Assembly (NCBI GenBank): GCA_944359885.1
Contig: CALVTC010000002.1
Location: forward strand, 1-48,796
Reading direction: 5' to 3'
Length of the DNA stretch: 48,796 nucleotides
From: an uncultured Bacilli bacterium
Lineage (GTDB): Bacteria; Bacillota_I; Bacilli_A; RF39; UBA660
Shown here in pieces: positions 9,592-18,208 of this stretch (its first letter is position 1; the number at the start of each line of letters is the position of its first letter). The notes under the pieces are model-generated. The model saw only the letters and a program-made list of their open reading frames with translations. It did not search any database and was not told the origin of the DNA. A program made the translations under genes and the position numbers.

Positions 9592-10998
9592 TTAATAATA
9601 CTCTTCCTCCAAATATTTTTGATAATTCTCTTTTATTTTATCAAGATTAGCTCGACTAGAAGTAATCGTCATAGAAATACAATTTAATTGATCATAAGCA
9701 TGAATTTCTCCATTTTTTAAATCATCAATCACTGTATCCGTAATCTTTTTCAAATTAATACCATCAACAACATTATAATTTAGAAAAACCTCGCGATTAT
9801 CTTCTACTAGCTCAACATCATTCGCTACTTCATAATACTCTATCTTAACACGAACCATATCTTGCAAACTATCATCCTCTACAAACTCTAAATTATGATA
9901 ACGACCATAATCATAATAATGGATTAATAACTCATCATTCATCGTATATACTTCTTCATCAATCTCACTCTTAAAACCATTTGGTACTTCATTAACAACA
10001 TTTAAATTCAAAAAATACCAAATAGAAAGGCCAAAACCAATAGCACTAACAATAATAGAAGATAACATAGTAATAATAACCCTACGTTTACTAAACTTCA
10101 AATTGAAAATAAAATCAAGAATTAACTCAATAATAACAATAGAGAAAATACTAATTCCTAAAACCAATAAAATTGCCCCTGCTAAAAATAAACCTCTAAA
10201 AATCAATACAATAAGTATAACAAGTGCAATAATCAACATAACTACACCAATAACTGCTGGAATTAATAAAAATATTAAAACTCCTTTTAAACAAAGTGTA
10301 ATCGCTTTAGAAAGCAAATCTAACAAACTAAAATCATTATGACGTTTAATTCGAACTTTTGTCCTTTTCTTTTCTTTATTTTCTTCTAAATTTAAACTGC
10401 TCTGTGGAACGTCCTCTAAATCAGAAGAATTATCTTCTACTTCTTCTATAATAATTTCCTCACCATCTAAAAATTTAACTTTAAAAACATAAAGGAAAGT
10501 AGCGATTGCTAAGATAGCATAACTTGCATTAAACAAAAATTCCCAAAATTTAGAAAAGAAAATACTAACCCAGTTATTACCAGTATAAAAAAGATCAATA
10601 ACAATTTCTTTTAATAGCATAAAAGGAATAAAAAAGCACAAAATAACACAGACTATCAAAATAATTTGAGCACACATTTTTATAATATCTTTAAAACTCT
10701 TATGTTCAAAAAGAAGAATAGTTCGTTTAACATAATCAGCTGCTTTTTCAAAAAAATCCTTAATCATACGACTAGCATCTTTTCTCTGTCTTTCTTCTGT
10801 AATATCCTTATTAACCAAAACATCTAAATCACAATGAAACATCTGACAAAGAGAGACAATTTTATCCATCTCTGGATAACTAGCACCAGATTCCCATTTT
10901 GAAACGGACTGCCTAGTTACTCCTAATTGTTCTGCTAACTGTTCTTGAGAAATACCTTTTTCTTTTCTTAGCCTCTGTAAGTTTTCACCAAACTTCAC
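9592..10998 (-). CDS. Membrane-embedded XRE-family (HTH_3) transcriptional regulator
   Basis: N-terminal LRKEKGISQEQLAEQLGVTRQSVSKWESG is a classic Cro/C1 HTH. It is followed by two clusters of TM helices separated by an acidic linker, and then a ~130-aa C-terminal domain. GTG start has SD GAGGTGA. Confidence 0.75.
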   Translation of the reverse strand: MKFGENLQRLRKEKGISQEQLAEQLGVTRQSVSKWESGASYPEMDKIVSLCQMFHCDLDVLVNKDITEERQRKDASRMIKDFFEKAADYVKRTILLFEHKSFKDIIKMCAQIILIVCVILCFFIPFMLLKEIVIDLFYTGNNWVSIFFSKFWEFLFNASYAILAIATFLYVFKVKFLDGEEIIIEEVEDNSSDLEDVPQSSLNLEENKEKKRTKVRIKRHNDFSLLDLLSKAITLCLKGVLIFLLIPAVIGVVMLIIALVILIVLIFRGLFLAGAILLVLGISIFSIVIIELILDFIFNLKFSKRRVIITMLSSIIVSAIGFGLSIWYFLNLNVVNEVPNGFKSEIDEEVYTMNDELLIHYYDYGRYHNLEFVEDDSLQDMVRVKIEYYEVANDVELVEDNREVFLNYNVVDGINLKKITDTVIDDLKNGEIHAYDQLNCISMTITSSRANLDKIKENYQKYLEEEYY

Positions 10999-11308
10999 TT
11001 TTTCATCACCTCGTCAAAAATCATACTATGTTAATCGGTTGCGTACCACCAATTTTAAGTTGTTTTTTGTAAAATATCGGTTGCTATGACAAAACAATTA
11101 AATAAACCTAACTGTTTTACTTCATAAACTTAACTTCCGATAGTAACTCTCTTTTATTTTTTTATATACTTTTTAATGCTTCAAATATAATAAAATATCT
11201 TGTATTAGAAACTTTATCCTGCATCTACTATATAATATATTTGTTGATATATCAATCTCTTTTATCAACTTTCTAAAATTGCATTTTATACAAACAACCC
11301 CTTATAAA

Positions 11309-11335
11309 TGAAAAAAGAGGCAATATTTACCTCTT
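11309..11335 (-). terminator. Terminator after dnaJ
   Basis: Minus strand: AAGAGG-taaatattg-CCTCTT followed by TTTTC. It overlaps the dnaJ stop. Confidence 0.5.
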
Positions 11336-12488
11336 AATCATTATTTTTAACAAAACGATTAAACTCTTTAATCTCTGGAGTATCCATTTCTGTCTTAGCT
11401 AACTTTTCAATTAAACTTTTTTGTTCACGAGAAAGTTTCTTTGGAGTATATACTTTAAAGATAACATACATATCTCCCTTACTCTTCTGATATTTATTAT
11501 CAACACCTTTTCCACGAATTCTCTGTTTATCCCCACTATTCGTACCAGGCATAATATTGATTTTAACATTACCATAAAGAGTAGGAATTTTCTTTTTGCA
11601 ACCAATAATTGCTTCTGTCAACGTAAGCGGAACTTCTACATAAATATCATCGCCTTGACGAATAAACACATCATGTTCCTCAACAACAAACTCTAAATAT
11701 AAATCTCCATTTTCTCCACCATTACTTCCAGGATTACCTTTTCCACTAACACGTAAACGATTCCCTGTATTAATTCCCGCCGGAATATTAATCGTTAAAG
11801 TCTTATTTTTACGAATTTTACCTTTTCCTTTACAATGGCTACAACGTCTTTTGAAAGTATGACCAGTACCACCACAATCAGGGCAAGTACTTTTAGATAA
11901 AAATGAACCTAAAATAGTATGTTGTTCCGAAGTAATAGTACCACTACCATGACAAGTAGGACATTTTATCTCATCAAAACCACCCTTACCATCACATTCA
12001 TCACAATCTTCAACAACATCTATATCAAATTTCTTTTCACAACCAAAGACAGCTTCATGAAAATCCAAGTTCATTCTCATCAAAACATCGCTACCGCGGC
12101 GAGCTCTACTTCCTCTGCCGCTAGAAGATGTACTACTTCCAAAACCAAAACCACCACCGAAGATAGAATCAAAAATATCACCAAAATCAAAATCTGTTGC
12201 ATCAAAACCGCCAAAATTAGAGTAACCTCCTGCTCCTCTAGGTCCATTACCTACACCAGCATGTCCGTACTGATCATACATTTTTCTCTTACTTTCATCA
12301 GACAAAACAGAATAAGCTTCCTGAGCTTCCTTAAACTTCTCGCTAGCATCAGGGTTATCTTTGTTTAAATCAGGGTGATATTGTTTTGCTTTCTTACGAA
12401 AGGCACTTTTTATCTCATCTTGTGTAGCATTCCGACTAACACCAAGCACCTCGTAATAATCTCGTTTATTTTCGCTAGAATTGGCCAT
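11334..12488 (-). CDS. dnaJ: Molecular chaperone DnaJ
   Basis: J domain with HPD (KQYHPDLNK), a G/F-rich region and four CxxCxGxG zinc motifs. 384 aa. Confidence 0.95.
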   Translation of the reverse strand: MANSSENKRDYYEVLGVSRNATQDEIKSAFRKKAKQYHPDLNKDNPDASEKFKEAQEAYSVLSDESKRKMYDQYGHAGVGNGPRGAGGYSNFGGFDATDFDFGDIFDSIFGGGFGFGSSTSSSGRGSRARRGSDVLMRMNLDFHEAVFGCEKKFDIDVVEDCDECDGKGGFDEIKCPTCHGSGTITSEQHTILGSFLSKSTCPDCGGTGHTFKRRCSHCKGKGKIRKNKTLTINIPAGINTGNRLRVSGKGNPGSNGGENGDLYLEFVVEEHDVFIRQGDDIYVEVPLTLTEAIIGCKKKIPTLYGNVKINIMPGTNSGDKQRIRGKGVDNKYQKSKGDMYVIFKVYTPKKLSREQKSLIEKLAKTEMDTPEIKEFNRFVKNND

Positions 12489-12504
12489 ATTATCACTTCC
12501 TTAC

Positions 12505-14301
12505 TTAACTTTGTAGTTGTTCGAATGTATCTACCGTCTCTTTAAACATTGTTAAAGATTTCTGTAATACTTTTGTATCGGTTAGATCAACATCGACTAT
12601 TTTTAAGAGCTCTAATGGATCATCTTTACCACCAGAAGATAAAAACTCTAAATACTGATTGCGAAATCCATCTTTTCCCTCTAAAATATTTTGAGCAATA
12701 TAACTTGCAATAGATAGTCCAGTTGCATATTGATATACATAAAATGGTCTATAAAAATGAGGTATTCTCAACCATTCATACCGAATATCATGATCAACCA
12801 CCACATCATCACCAAAATATAATTTATTTAGCTCATAATACTTATCACATAGCATCTCCGCAGTTAACACTTCTCCCTTATCAACAGCATCATGCATATA
12901 TAATTCAAACTCTGCAAACATAGTCTGACGATAAATAGTACCTTTAAAAGTATCTAATCGCTCATTTATTATAGCAAGTTTTTCTTCCTTCGTATCAGCA
13001 TGATTTTCCATATAATAAGATAATAATAATTCATTAACCGTAGATGCAATCTCTGCAAGAAAAATAGGATAACTAGCATTCGTATGTTCATTATGGGTAT
13101 TAGATAAATAACTATGCATAGAATGTCCTAATTCATGAGCAAGTGTAGACACATCACTGTAATCACCCATATAATTTAATAATACAAATGGTTTAGTATC
13201 ATAAGTTCCAGAAGAATAAGCACCAGATGTCTTCCCCCTATTTGGATAAATATCAATCCATCTATCTGCAAAAGCTTTCTCTAATACGTGAATATAATCA
13301 TCACCTAATACAGATAACGCATCAAGTACTAATTGTTTTCCCTCTTCAAAAGAATATTTTTTAGTAATATCAAGAACTGTAGATACATAACCATCATATA
13401 AATGAAATTCCTCTAAACCTAACTTCTTCTTTTTAACACTAAAATATTTATATAAAGGTTCTAAATTATCATGCACTACACGAATTAAATTATGATAAAG
13501 TACAGTTGGTATATTATTTCCAAATAAAGAAAGTTCTAAAGAACTATCAAAATTCTTTAATCTAGCAGTAACACTATTACATTTTACAGTACTTTCTAAA
13601 GTAGTCGCTAAAGTATTTTTAAAATTTCCAAAAACCTGATGCATTTTTAAAAAAGCATCTTTTCTAACTCTTCTATCCTTACTACAAATATATGTGCTGT
13701 AATTACTTTGTGTTAACTCTACCTCATTACCATCTTCATCTAAAATATTACCAAATCGCATATCTGCATCCATTAGCATATCAGCAGTTTTACTAGCAGA
13801 AGATAACACTGTATTATATGCAGCAATAACTTTCTCTTCTACTTCAGACAAATGGTGGTTTTGATATCTTAAGGTATCTTCTATCATATGGCGAAAGGGC
13901 ATCAACTCTTCTTCCTCTTCCATAAAACTTTCTATCTTCTTTTTATCTTCTTTTAAAATATATGGCACTACAAAGTTTAACTTTTCACTATACTCTTGAT
14001 ATAGATTTTCACTCTTACCAAGTAATTCTTGATATTGTGTATTTGCCATATCTTCATTATTTTTTAGACTAGCATATACATAAATTTTTTCTAATAGTCT
14101 ATCCACTTGATCAGATTGTATAATAAACTCTTTAAAATTTCTAGCATTCTTTAAAAAAGTTTCTTTTTGCTCTTCCAAACTAGAAATTGCCATCCTACAC
14201 CTCTTATAATCTTCTTGCCATAAATCTATCGTTGAATAAATACTCTCTACATCCCAAGTATCTTCTTTTTTCACTTCACTTCGCTCTAAGACTTTTTCCA
14301 T
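12505..14301 (-). CDS. pepF: Oligoendopeptidase F (peptidase M3B)
   Basis: About 598 aa with HELGHSMH zinc motif and typical PepF length. I prefer the ATG at 14301 (GGAG 6 nt upstream) over the ATG at 14307. Confidence 0.9.
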   Translation of the reverse strand: MEKVLERSEVKKEDTWDVESIYSTIDLWQEDYKRCRMAISSLEEQKETFLKNARNFKEFIIQSDQVDRLLEKIYVYASLKNNEDMANTQYQELLGKSENLYQEYSEKLNFVVPYILKEDKKKIESFMEEEEELMPFRHMIEDTLRYQNHHLSEVEEKVIAAYNTVLSSASKTADMLMDADMRFGNILDEDGNEVELTQSNYSTYICSKDRRVRKDAFLKMHQVFGNFKNTLATTLESTVKCNSVTARLKNFDSSLELSLFGNNIPTVLYHNLIRVVHDNLEPLYKYFSVKKKKLGLEEFHLYDGYVSTVLDITKKYSFEEGKQLVLDALSVLGDDYIHVLEKAFADRWIDIYPNRGKTSGAYSSGTYDTKPFVLLNYMGDYSDVSTLAHELGHSMHSYLSNTHNEHTNASYPIFLAEIASTVNELLLSYYMENHADTKEEKLAIINERLDTFKGTIYRQTMFAEFELYMHDAVDKGEVLTAEMLCDKYYELNKLYFGDDVVVDHDIRYEWLRIPHFYRPFYVYQYATGLSIASYIAQNILEGKDGFRNQYLEFLSSGGKDDPLELLKIVDVDLTDTKVLQKSLTMFKETVDTFEQLQS

Positions 14302-14331
14302 TAGCATCTCCTTTTATATATTCAGAAAAGT

Positions 14332-14353
14332 AAGTAGTCCAAAAGGACTACTT
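14332..14353 (-). terminator. Stem-loop immediately after the dnaK stop (partial terminator or mRNA-stabilising hairpin)
   Basis: Perfect 9-bp stem AAGTAGTCC-tttt-GGACTACTT, 2 nt after the dnaK TAG, followed by a weak T-tract (ACTTTTCT). Confidence 0.5.
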
Positions 14354-14355
14354 AA

Positions 14356-16203
14356 CTAATCTTCCTCTATATCTGCTTCTTGAACATCATCATCTGATTT
14401 TTTATGTTTTTTATCTTTCTTTTTATCTTTTTTATCATCGGCATCATCATGTTCTTCTTGTTGTCTTTCTTTTGCTGCTTGTTCATAAACTTTAGAAGCA
14501 AGACTCATTGCTTTTTCTTGAAGTTTTTCCTTATATTTCTTGATATCATCCATATCATCTTTATCAAGTGCTTTCTTCAAATCTTTAATAAGATCTTCAG
14601 CATCTTCTTTTTCTTTCTTATCAACTTTATCTCCAAGATCTTTAATAGCTTTTTCAGTTTGGAATACTAATTGTTCTGCTTCATTTTTAACTTCAGCTTC
14701 TTCTTTACGTTTAAGATCAGCTTCTTTATTTTCTTCAGCCTCTTTACGCATCTTTTCAATTTCATCATCTGTCAAATTAGTAGATGAAGTAATTGTAATA
14801 GATTGTTCTTTATTAGTACCAAGATCTTTTGCTGTAACATTAACAATACCATTTGCATCAATATCAAATTTAACTTCAATTTGTGGAACACCTCTTGGTG
14901 CTGGTGGAATATTTCCTAATTGGAATCTTCCTAATGTTTTATTATCAGCTGCCATTGGACGCTCACCTTGTAATACATGTACATCTACAGCAGGTTGATT
15001 ATCAGCAGCAGTTGAGAATACTTCTGATTTTGAAGTAGGGATTGTTGTATTTCTTGGAATTAATGTAGTCATAACTCCACCTAATGTTTCAATACCAAGT
15101 GATAATGGTGTAACATCCAAAAGTACGATATCATTAACATCTCCAGTTAATACACCACCTTGAATAGCAGCACCCATAGCAACAACTTCATCAGGGTTAA
15201 CTTCACGAGATGGTTCTTTTCCAAGTTCTTTTGTAATTAAATCATATACCATAGGTACACGAGTAGATCCACCTACTAAAATAACTTTATCAATATCTTT
15301 CTTAGTCATATGAGCATCTTTTAATGCTTTACGAACTGGTTCCAAAGTAGATTCTACTAAATCAGAAATTAAATCTTCAAATTTAGCACGAGTTAAAGTC
15401 ATATCTAAGTGTAGAGGTTCTCCATCGTCACCCTTAGCAATAAATGGTGCAGATACTTGTGTAGATACCATACCAGATAAGTCTTTCTTAGCTTTTTCAG
15501 CAGTTTCTTTCAAACGTTGCATAGCCATTTTATCTTTAGATAAGTCAACACCATTTTCCTTCTTAAATTCACTTACTAAGTAATCCATAATAGCTTCATC
15601 AAAGTCATCTCCACCTAAATGGTTATTACCATTAGTAGATTTAACTTCAAATACACCATCACCTAATTCAAGAATAGATACATCAAATGTTCCACCACCT
15701 AAGTCATAAACTAAGATAGTTTGACCTTCATCTTTTTCAAGACCATAAGCAAGTGCAGCAGCAGTTGGCTCGTTAATAATACGTTCAACTTCAAGGCCAG
15801 CAATCTTACCAGCATTTTTAGTAGCTTGACGTTGACTATCATTAAAGTAAGCAGGAACAGTAATAACTGCTTTATCAACCTTCTCACCTAAATAACTTTC
15901 TGCATAATCTTTAATATAACTTAAAATCATAGCAGAAATCTCTTCTGGTGTATATTCTTTTCCTTCTAGTTCTACTTTTTCATTAGTTCCCATTTTTCTC
16001 TTAATAGAAATTACTGTATTTTTATTAGTCAAAGCTTGTCTTTTAGCAGCTTCACCAACAATTCTTTCACCTTTTTTAAATGCAACTACAGATGGAGTTG
16101 TTCTACTACCCTCAGGGTTTGGAATAACCTTAGGAGCACCAGCTTCCAATACTGCAGCACATGAATTTGTTGTACCTAAATCGATACCAATAATTTTACT
16201 CAT
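14356..16203 (-). CDS. dnaK: Molecular chaperone DnaK (Hsp70)
   Basis: [18 protein letters not shown] and [11 protein letters not shown] motifs. 615 aa. Confidence 0.97.
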   Translation of the reverse strand: MSKIIGIDLGTTNSCAAVLEAGAPKVIPNPEGSRTTPSVVAFKKGERIVGEAAKRQALTNKNTVISIKRKMGTNEKVELEGKEYTPEEISAMILSYIKDYAESYLGEKVDKAVITVPAYFNDSQRQATKNAGKIAGLEVERIINEPTAAALAYGLEKDEGQTILVYDLGGGTFDVSILELGDGVFEVKSTNGNNHLGGDDFDEAIMDYLVSEFKKENGVDLSKDKMAMQRLKETAEKAKKDLSGMVSTQVSAPFIAKGDDGEPLHLDMTLTRAKFEDLISDLVESTLEPVRKALKDAHMTKKDIDKVILVGGSTRVPMVYDLITKELGKEPSREVNPDEVVAMGAAIQGGVLTGDVNDIVLLDVTPLSLGIETLGGVMTTLIPRNTTIPTSKSEVFSTAADNQPAVDVHVLQGERPMAADNKTLGRFQLGNIPPAPRGVPQIEVKFDIDANGIVNVTAKDLGTNKEQSITITSSTNLTDDEIEKMRKEAEENKEADLKRKEEAEVKNEAEQLVFQTEKAIKDLGDKVDKKEKEDAEDLIKDLKKALDKDDMDDIKKYKEKLQEKAMSLASKVYEQAAKERQQEEHDDADDKKDKKKDKKHKKSDDDVQEADIEED

Positions 16204-16217
16204 ATATCATCTCTCCT

Positions 16218-16832
16218 TTATTTACTATTAACTTTTACAGAGGCAGGACGTATTACCCTACCATTTAATTTATATCCTTTTAATAACACTTCAGTGACAA
16301 CATCATCATCCATTTCAGGAATAGAATCTGTCATTAACGCTTGTTCTTCATTTGGATTAAAAACTTCACCTACACGATTAATCTCCTCAACTCCAAATTT
16401 CTTTAGAATTTCCATTAAATTCGCATACATCATTTTAAATCCATCTAAAAACTTAGATAATTCATCCGTTAAATCATTATCATCTAATTTAATTGCTCTC
16501 TCAAAATTATCAACAACATTAATTAACTCACTAATCAAGTCCTGATTAGCAAATTTCAACATATTAGATACTTCTTCATCTTTTCTTTTACGATAATTAA
16601 CAAGTTCTGCTTGCGTCATCTTAACCTTATCTAATAAAGCTTGATTATCTTCTTGTAATTGTCTAACTTGTTCTAATAATTTTTCATTTTCCTCTTTTAA
16701 TTTAGAATTACCATGTTTTTCTTTTTTATTCTTCCCATCTTTTTTATCTTTTCCCTGTTGAACAGGAACAGGGATTTCTTCTTCAAGTTTTTCAACTTGT
16801 TCATCTATAACTTGTTTTTTTCCTTCTTCCAT
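16218..16832 (-). CDS. grpE: Nucleotide exchange factor GrpE
   Basis: 204 aa. Coiled-coil N-terminus and C-terminal GrpE block (FNPNEEQALM...GYKLNGRVIRPASVKV). Positioned between hrcA and dnaK. Confidence 0.9.
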   Translation of the reverse strand: MEEGKKQVIDEQVEKLEEEIPVPVQQGKDKKDGKNKKEKHGNSKLKEENEKLLEQVRQLQEDNQALLDKVKMTQAELVNYRKRKDEEVSNMLKFANQDLISELINVVDNFERAIKLDDNDLTDELSKFLDGFKMMYANLMEILKKFGVEEINRVGEVFNPNEEQALMTDSIPEMDDDVVTEVLLKGYKLNGRVIRPASVKVNSK

Positions 16833-16838
16833 AACTAC

Positions 16839-17825
16839 CTACCTTTCTATATTTTCTTTCATGTATTCTAACATGGAAACAACTCGGTCATACTCCATCC
16901 TCTTAGGACCAATAATAGCCAGCGTTCCTTCAGTATTACCATTCTTAAATCGAGTCTTAATCACAGTAACATCATTATCGATTTTACTCTCACTACCAAT
17001 ATATACTTTAATATTGTTATCATCATCCTCTTCTATTCTATGAAGAAGTTCAGGATTATCAAGTTTACTAAACACAGACTGAATCTTTTCAACATTACTA
17101 AATTCTGGTTGTGTTAAAAACTTATTCTTTCCAACAACATTAACCTCTTGATTTGTAAAATCGCTAAATACATGATAGAAGGCATTATATAGCTGTTCAT
17201 GTTGTTTTACATATTTACCAATAATAGGTTTCACTTCGTATTCTAGTTTCGTACTAACTTCATCAATAGGAGTTCCTACAATCAAGTTGTTAATCAAATT
17301 TACTGTTTTCTTAACTTCATCAAGTGAAACGTCTTGCAAACGAATATTTTTATGTTCCACATGACCTCTATCCGTAATAACAATTACAATCATACTAACC
17401 TCATCAATCGGAACTACTTCTATTTGTTTTAGAAGATTCTCATGAGATGTACTACCAAGTACCACGGTAGTATAATTAGTCATATCAGATATTACCTGTA
17501 AACTTTTTACTATAACATCTGATAAAGCAAGCTGCTGATTATGAAAAACTGTCTGAAGTTTTAACATATCTTCACCCGTCATTTTCTTAGGTTCCATTAA
17601 ATGATCAACATAATAACGATAACCTTCTTCACTTGGAATGCGACCAGAAGAAGTATGCGTTTTCTCCAAAAGACCAGCTTCTTCCAAAGAAGACATTTCA
17701 TTTCGAACAGTTGCACTGGAACATTTCAATGTTTTAGATATTGTCTTAGAGCCAACTGGAATAGGATCTTTAATATATTTTTCAACAATCAACTTTAAGA
17801 TTTTACATTGTCTATCCGTTAACAT
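16839..17825 (-). CDS. hrcA: Heat-inducible transcription repressor HrcA
   Basis: N-terminal winged helix (LTDRQCKILKLIVEKYI...PVGSKTISK....SSATVRNEMSSLEEAGLLEKTHTSSGRIPS). 328 aa, first gene of the operon, with CIRCE upstream. Confidence 0.9.
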   Translation of the reverse strand: MLTDRQCKILKLIVEKYIKDPIPVGSKTISKTLKCSSATVRNEMSSLEEAGLLEKTHTSSGRIPSEEGYRYYVDHLMEPKKMTGEDMLKLQTVFHNQQLALSDVIVKSLQVISDMTNYTTVVLGSTSHENLLKQIEVVPIDEVSMIVIVITDRGHVEHKNIRLQDVSLDEVKKTVNLINNLIVGTPIDEVSTKLEYEVKPIIGKYVKQHEQLYNAFYHVFSDFTNQEVNVVGKNKFLTQPEFSNVEKIQSVFSKLDNPELLHRIEEDDDNNIKVYIGSESKIDNDVTVIKTRFKNGNTEGTLAIIGPKRMEYDRVVSMLEYMKENIER

Positions 17826-17842
17826 TTACTTCCCTCCTACTA

Positions 17843-17869
17843 CTAGCACTACTATTCTACGAGTGCTAA
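17843..17869. promoter_or_regulatory. CIRCE operator 1 (HrcA binding site)
   Basis: CTAGCACTA-N9-GAGTGCTAA versus the consensus TTAGCACTC-N9-GAGTGCTAA. It lies between the -10 box and the hrcA SD. Confidence 0.85.
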
Positions 17870-17873
17870 TTGT

Positions 17874-17902
17874 ATTATATGACAATATCTAGCACTTGTC
17901 AA
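17874..17902 (-). promoter_or_regulatory. Sigma-A consensus promoter of the hrcA operon
   Basis: Minus strand: TTGACA (17897-17902), a 17-nt spacer, then TATAAT (17874-17879). Confidence 0.7.
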
Positions 17903-17915
17903 TGATTTGTGCTAA
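17889..17915. promoter_or_regulatory. Second, degenerate CIRCE-like inverted repeat overlapping the -35 box
   Basis: CTAGCACTT-N9-TTGTGCTAA has the same 9-N9-9 geometry, with 7 of 9 positions pairing between the arms. Confidence 0.55.
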
Positions 17916-17919
17916 TTTT

Positions 17920-18141
17920 TTAGAATAAAAGATTAAGTAACCTTAATTCGCCTTGATCGTCACCTTCTAAGTTTCCTGCTTCATAAAGAGTTTTTACCAT
18001 TTTTAAATAATAAGTATAAACAAGTCTAGTACAACCAAATGTTTTTTGAATTAGCTTTCTTTGATTAGTTGTAGAATACATTCGAAAATGATAAGCTCTA
18101 CACATAATATTTCTCCCTAATGAGGAAACTATACAATACAT
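17920..18141 (-). pseudogene. N-terminal relic of an IS200/IS605-family TnpB (OrfB) gene
   Basis: MCRAYHFRMYSTTNQRKLIQKTFGCTRLVYTYYL matches the conserved TnpB N-terminus (KAYKFRIYP..Q...L.KTFGC.R.VYN). The likely native ATG is at 18105, with SD GGGAGA. Similarity ends after about 45 aa, with a stop at 17920. No RuvC or zinc-finger part and no tnpA are present. Confidence 0.5.
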
Positions 18142-18183
18142 TTGTTTTAAATTTTCATTTTAGACAAGCAGATTCCGTATAAA

Positions 18184-18208
18184 TAAAAAAAGAAGTAAAA
18201 TTACTTCT
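18184..18208 (-). terminator. Terminator overlapping the stop of the 583-aa gene
   Basis: Minus strand: AGAAGTA-attt-TACTTCT followed by a run of seven T. Confidence 0.5.

Noticed and set aside
11919-12368. A 149-aa plus-strand ORF inside dnaJ. Similar antisense ORFs occur at 14404-14998 inside dnaK, 16294-16545 inside grpE, 17601-17892 inside hrcA, and 28002-28481 inside parE.
   Set aside because: These are antisense shadows within unmistakable conserved genes. Their translations are low-complexity, with no ribosome-binding sites.
14356-14480. Lys/Asp-rich C-terminal tail of DnaK ([25 protein letters not shown]) considered as an unusual extension.
   Set aside because: The total length (615 aa) is normal for DnaK, and acidic or charged tails are common. 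It is not distinctive enough to report.
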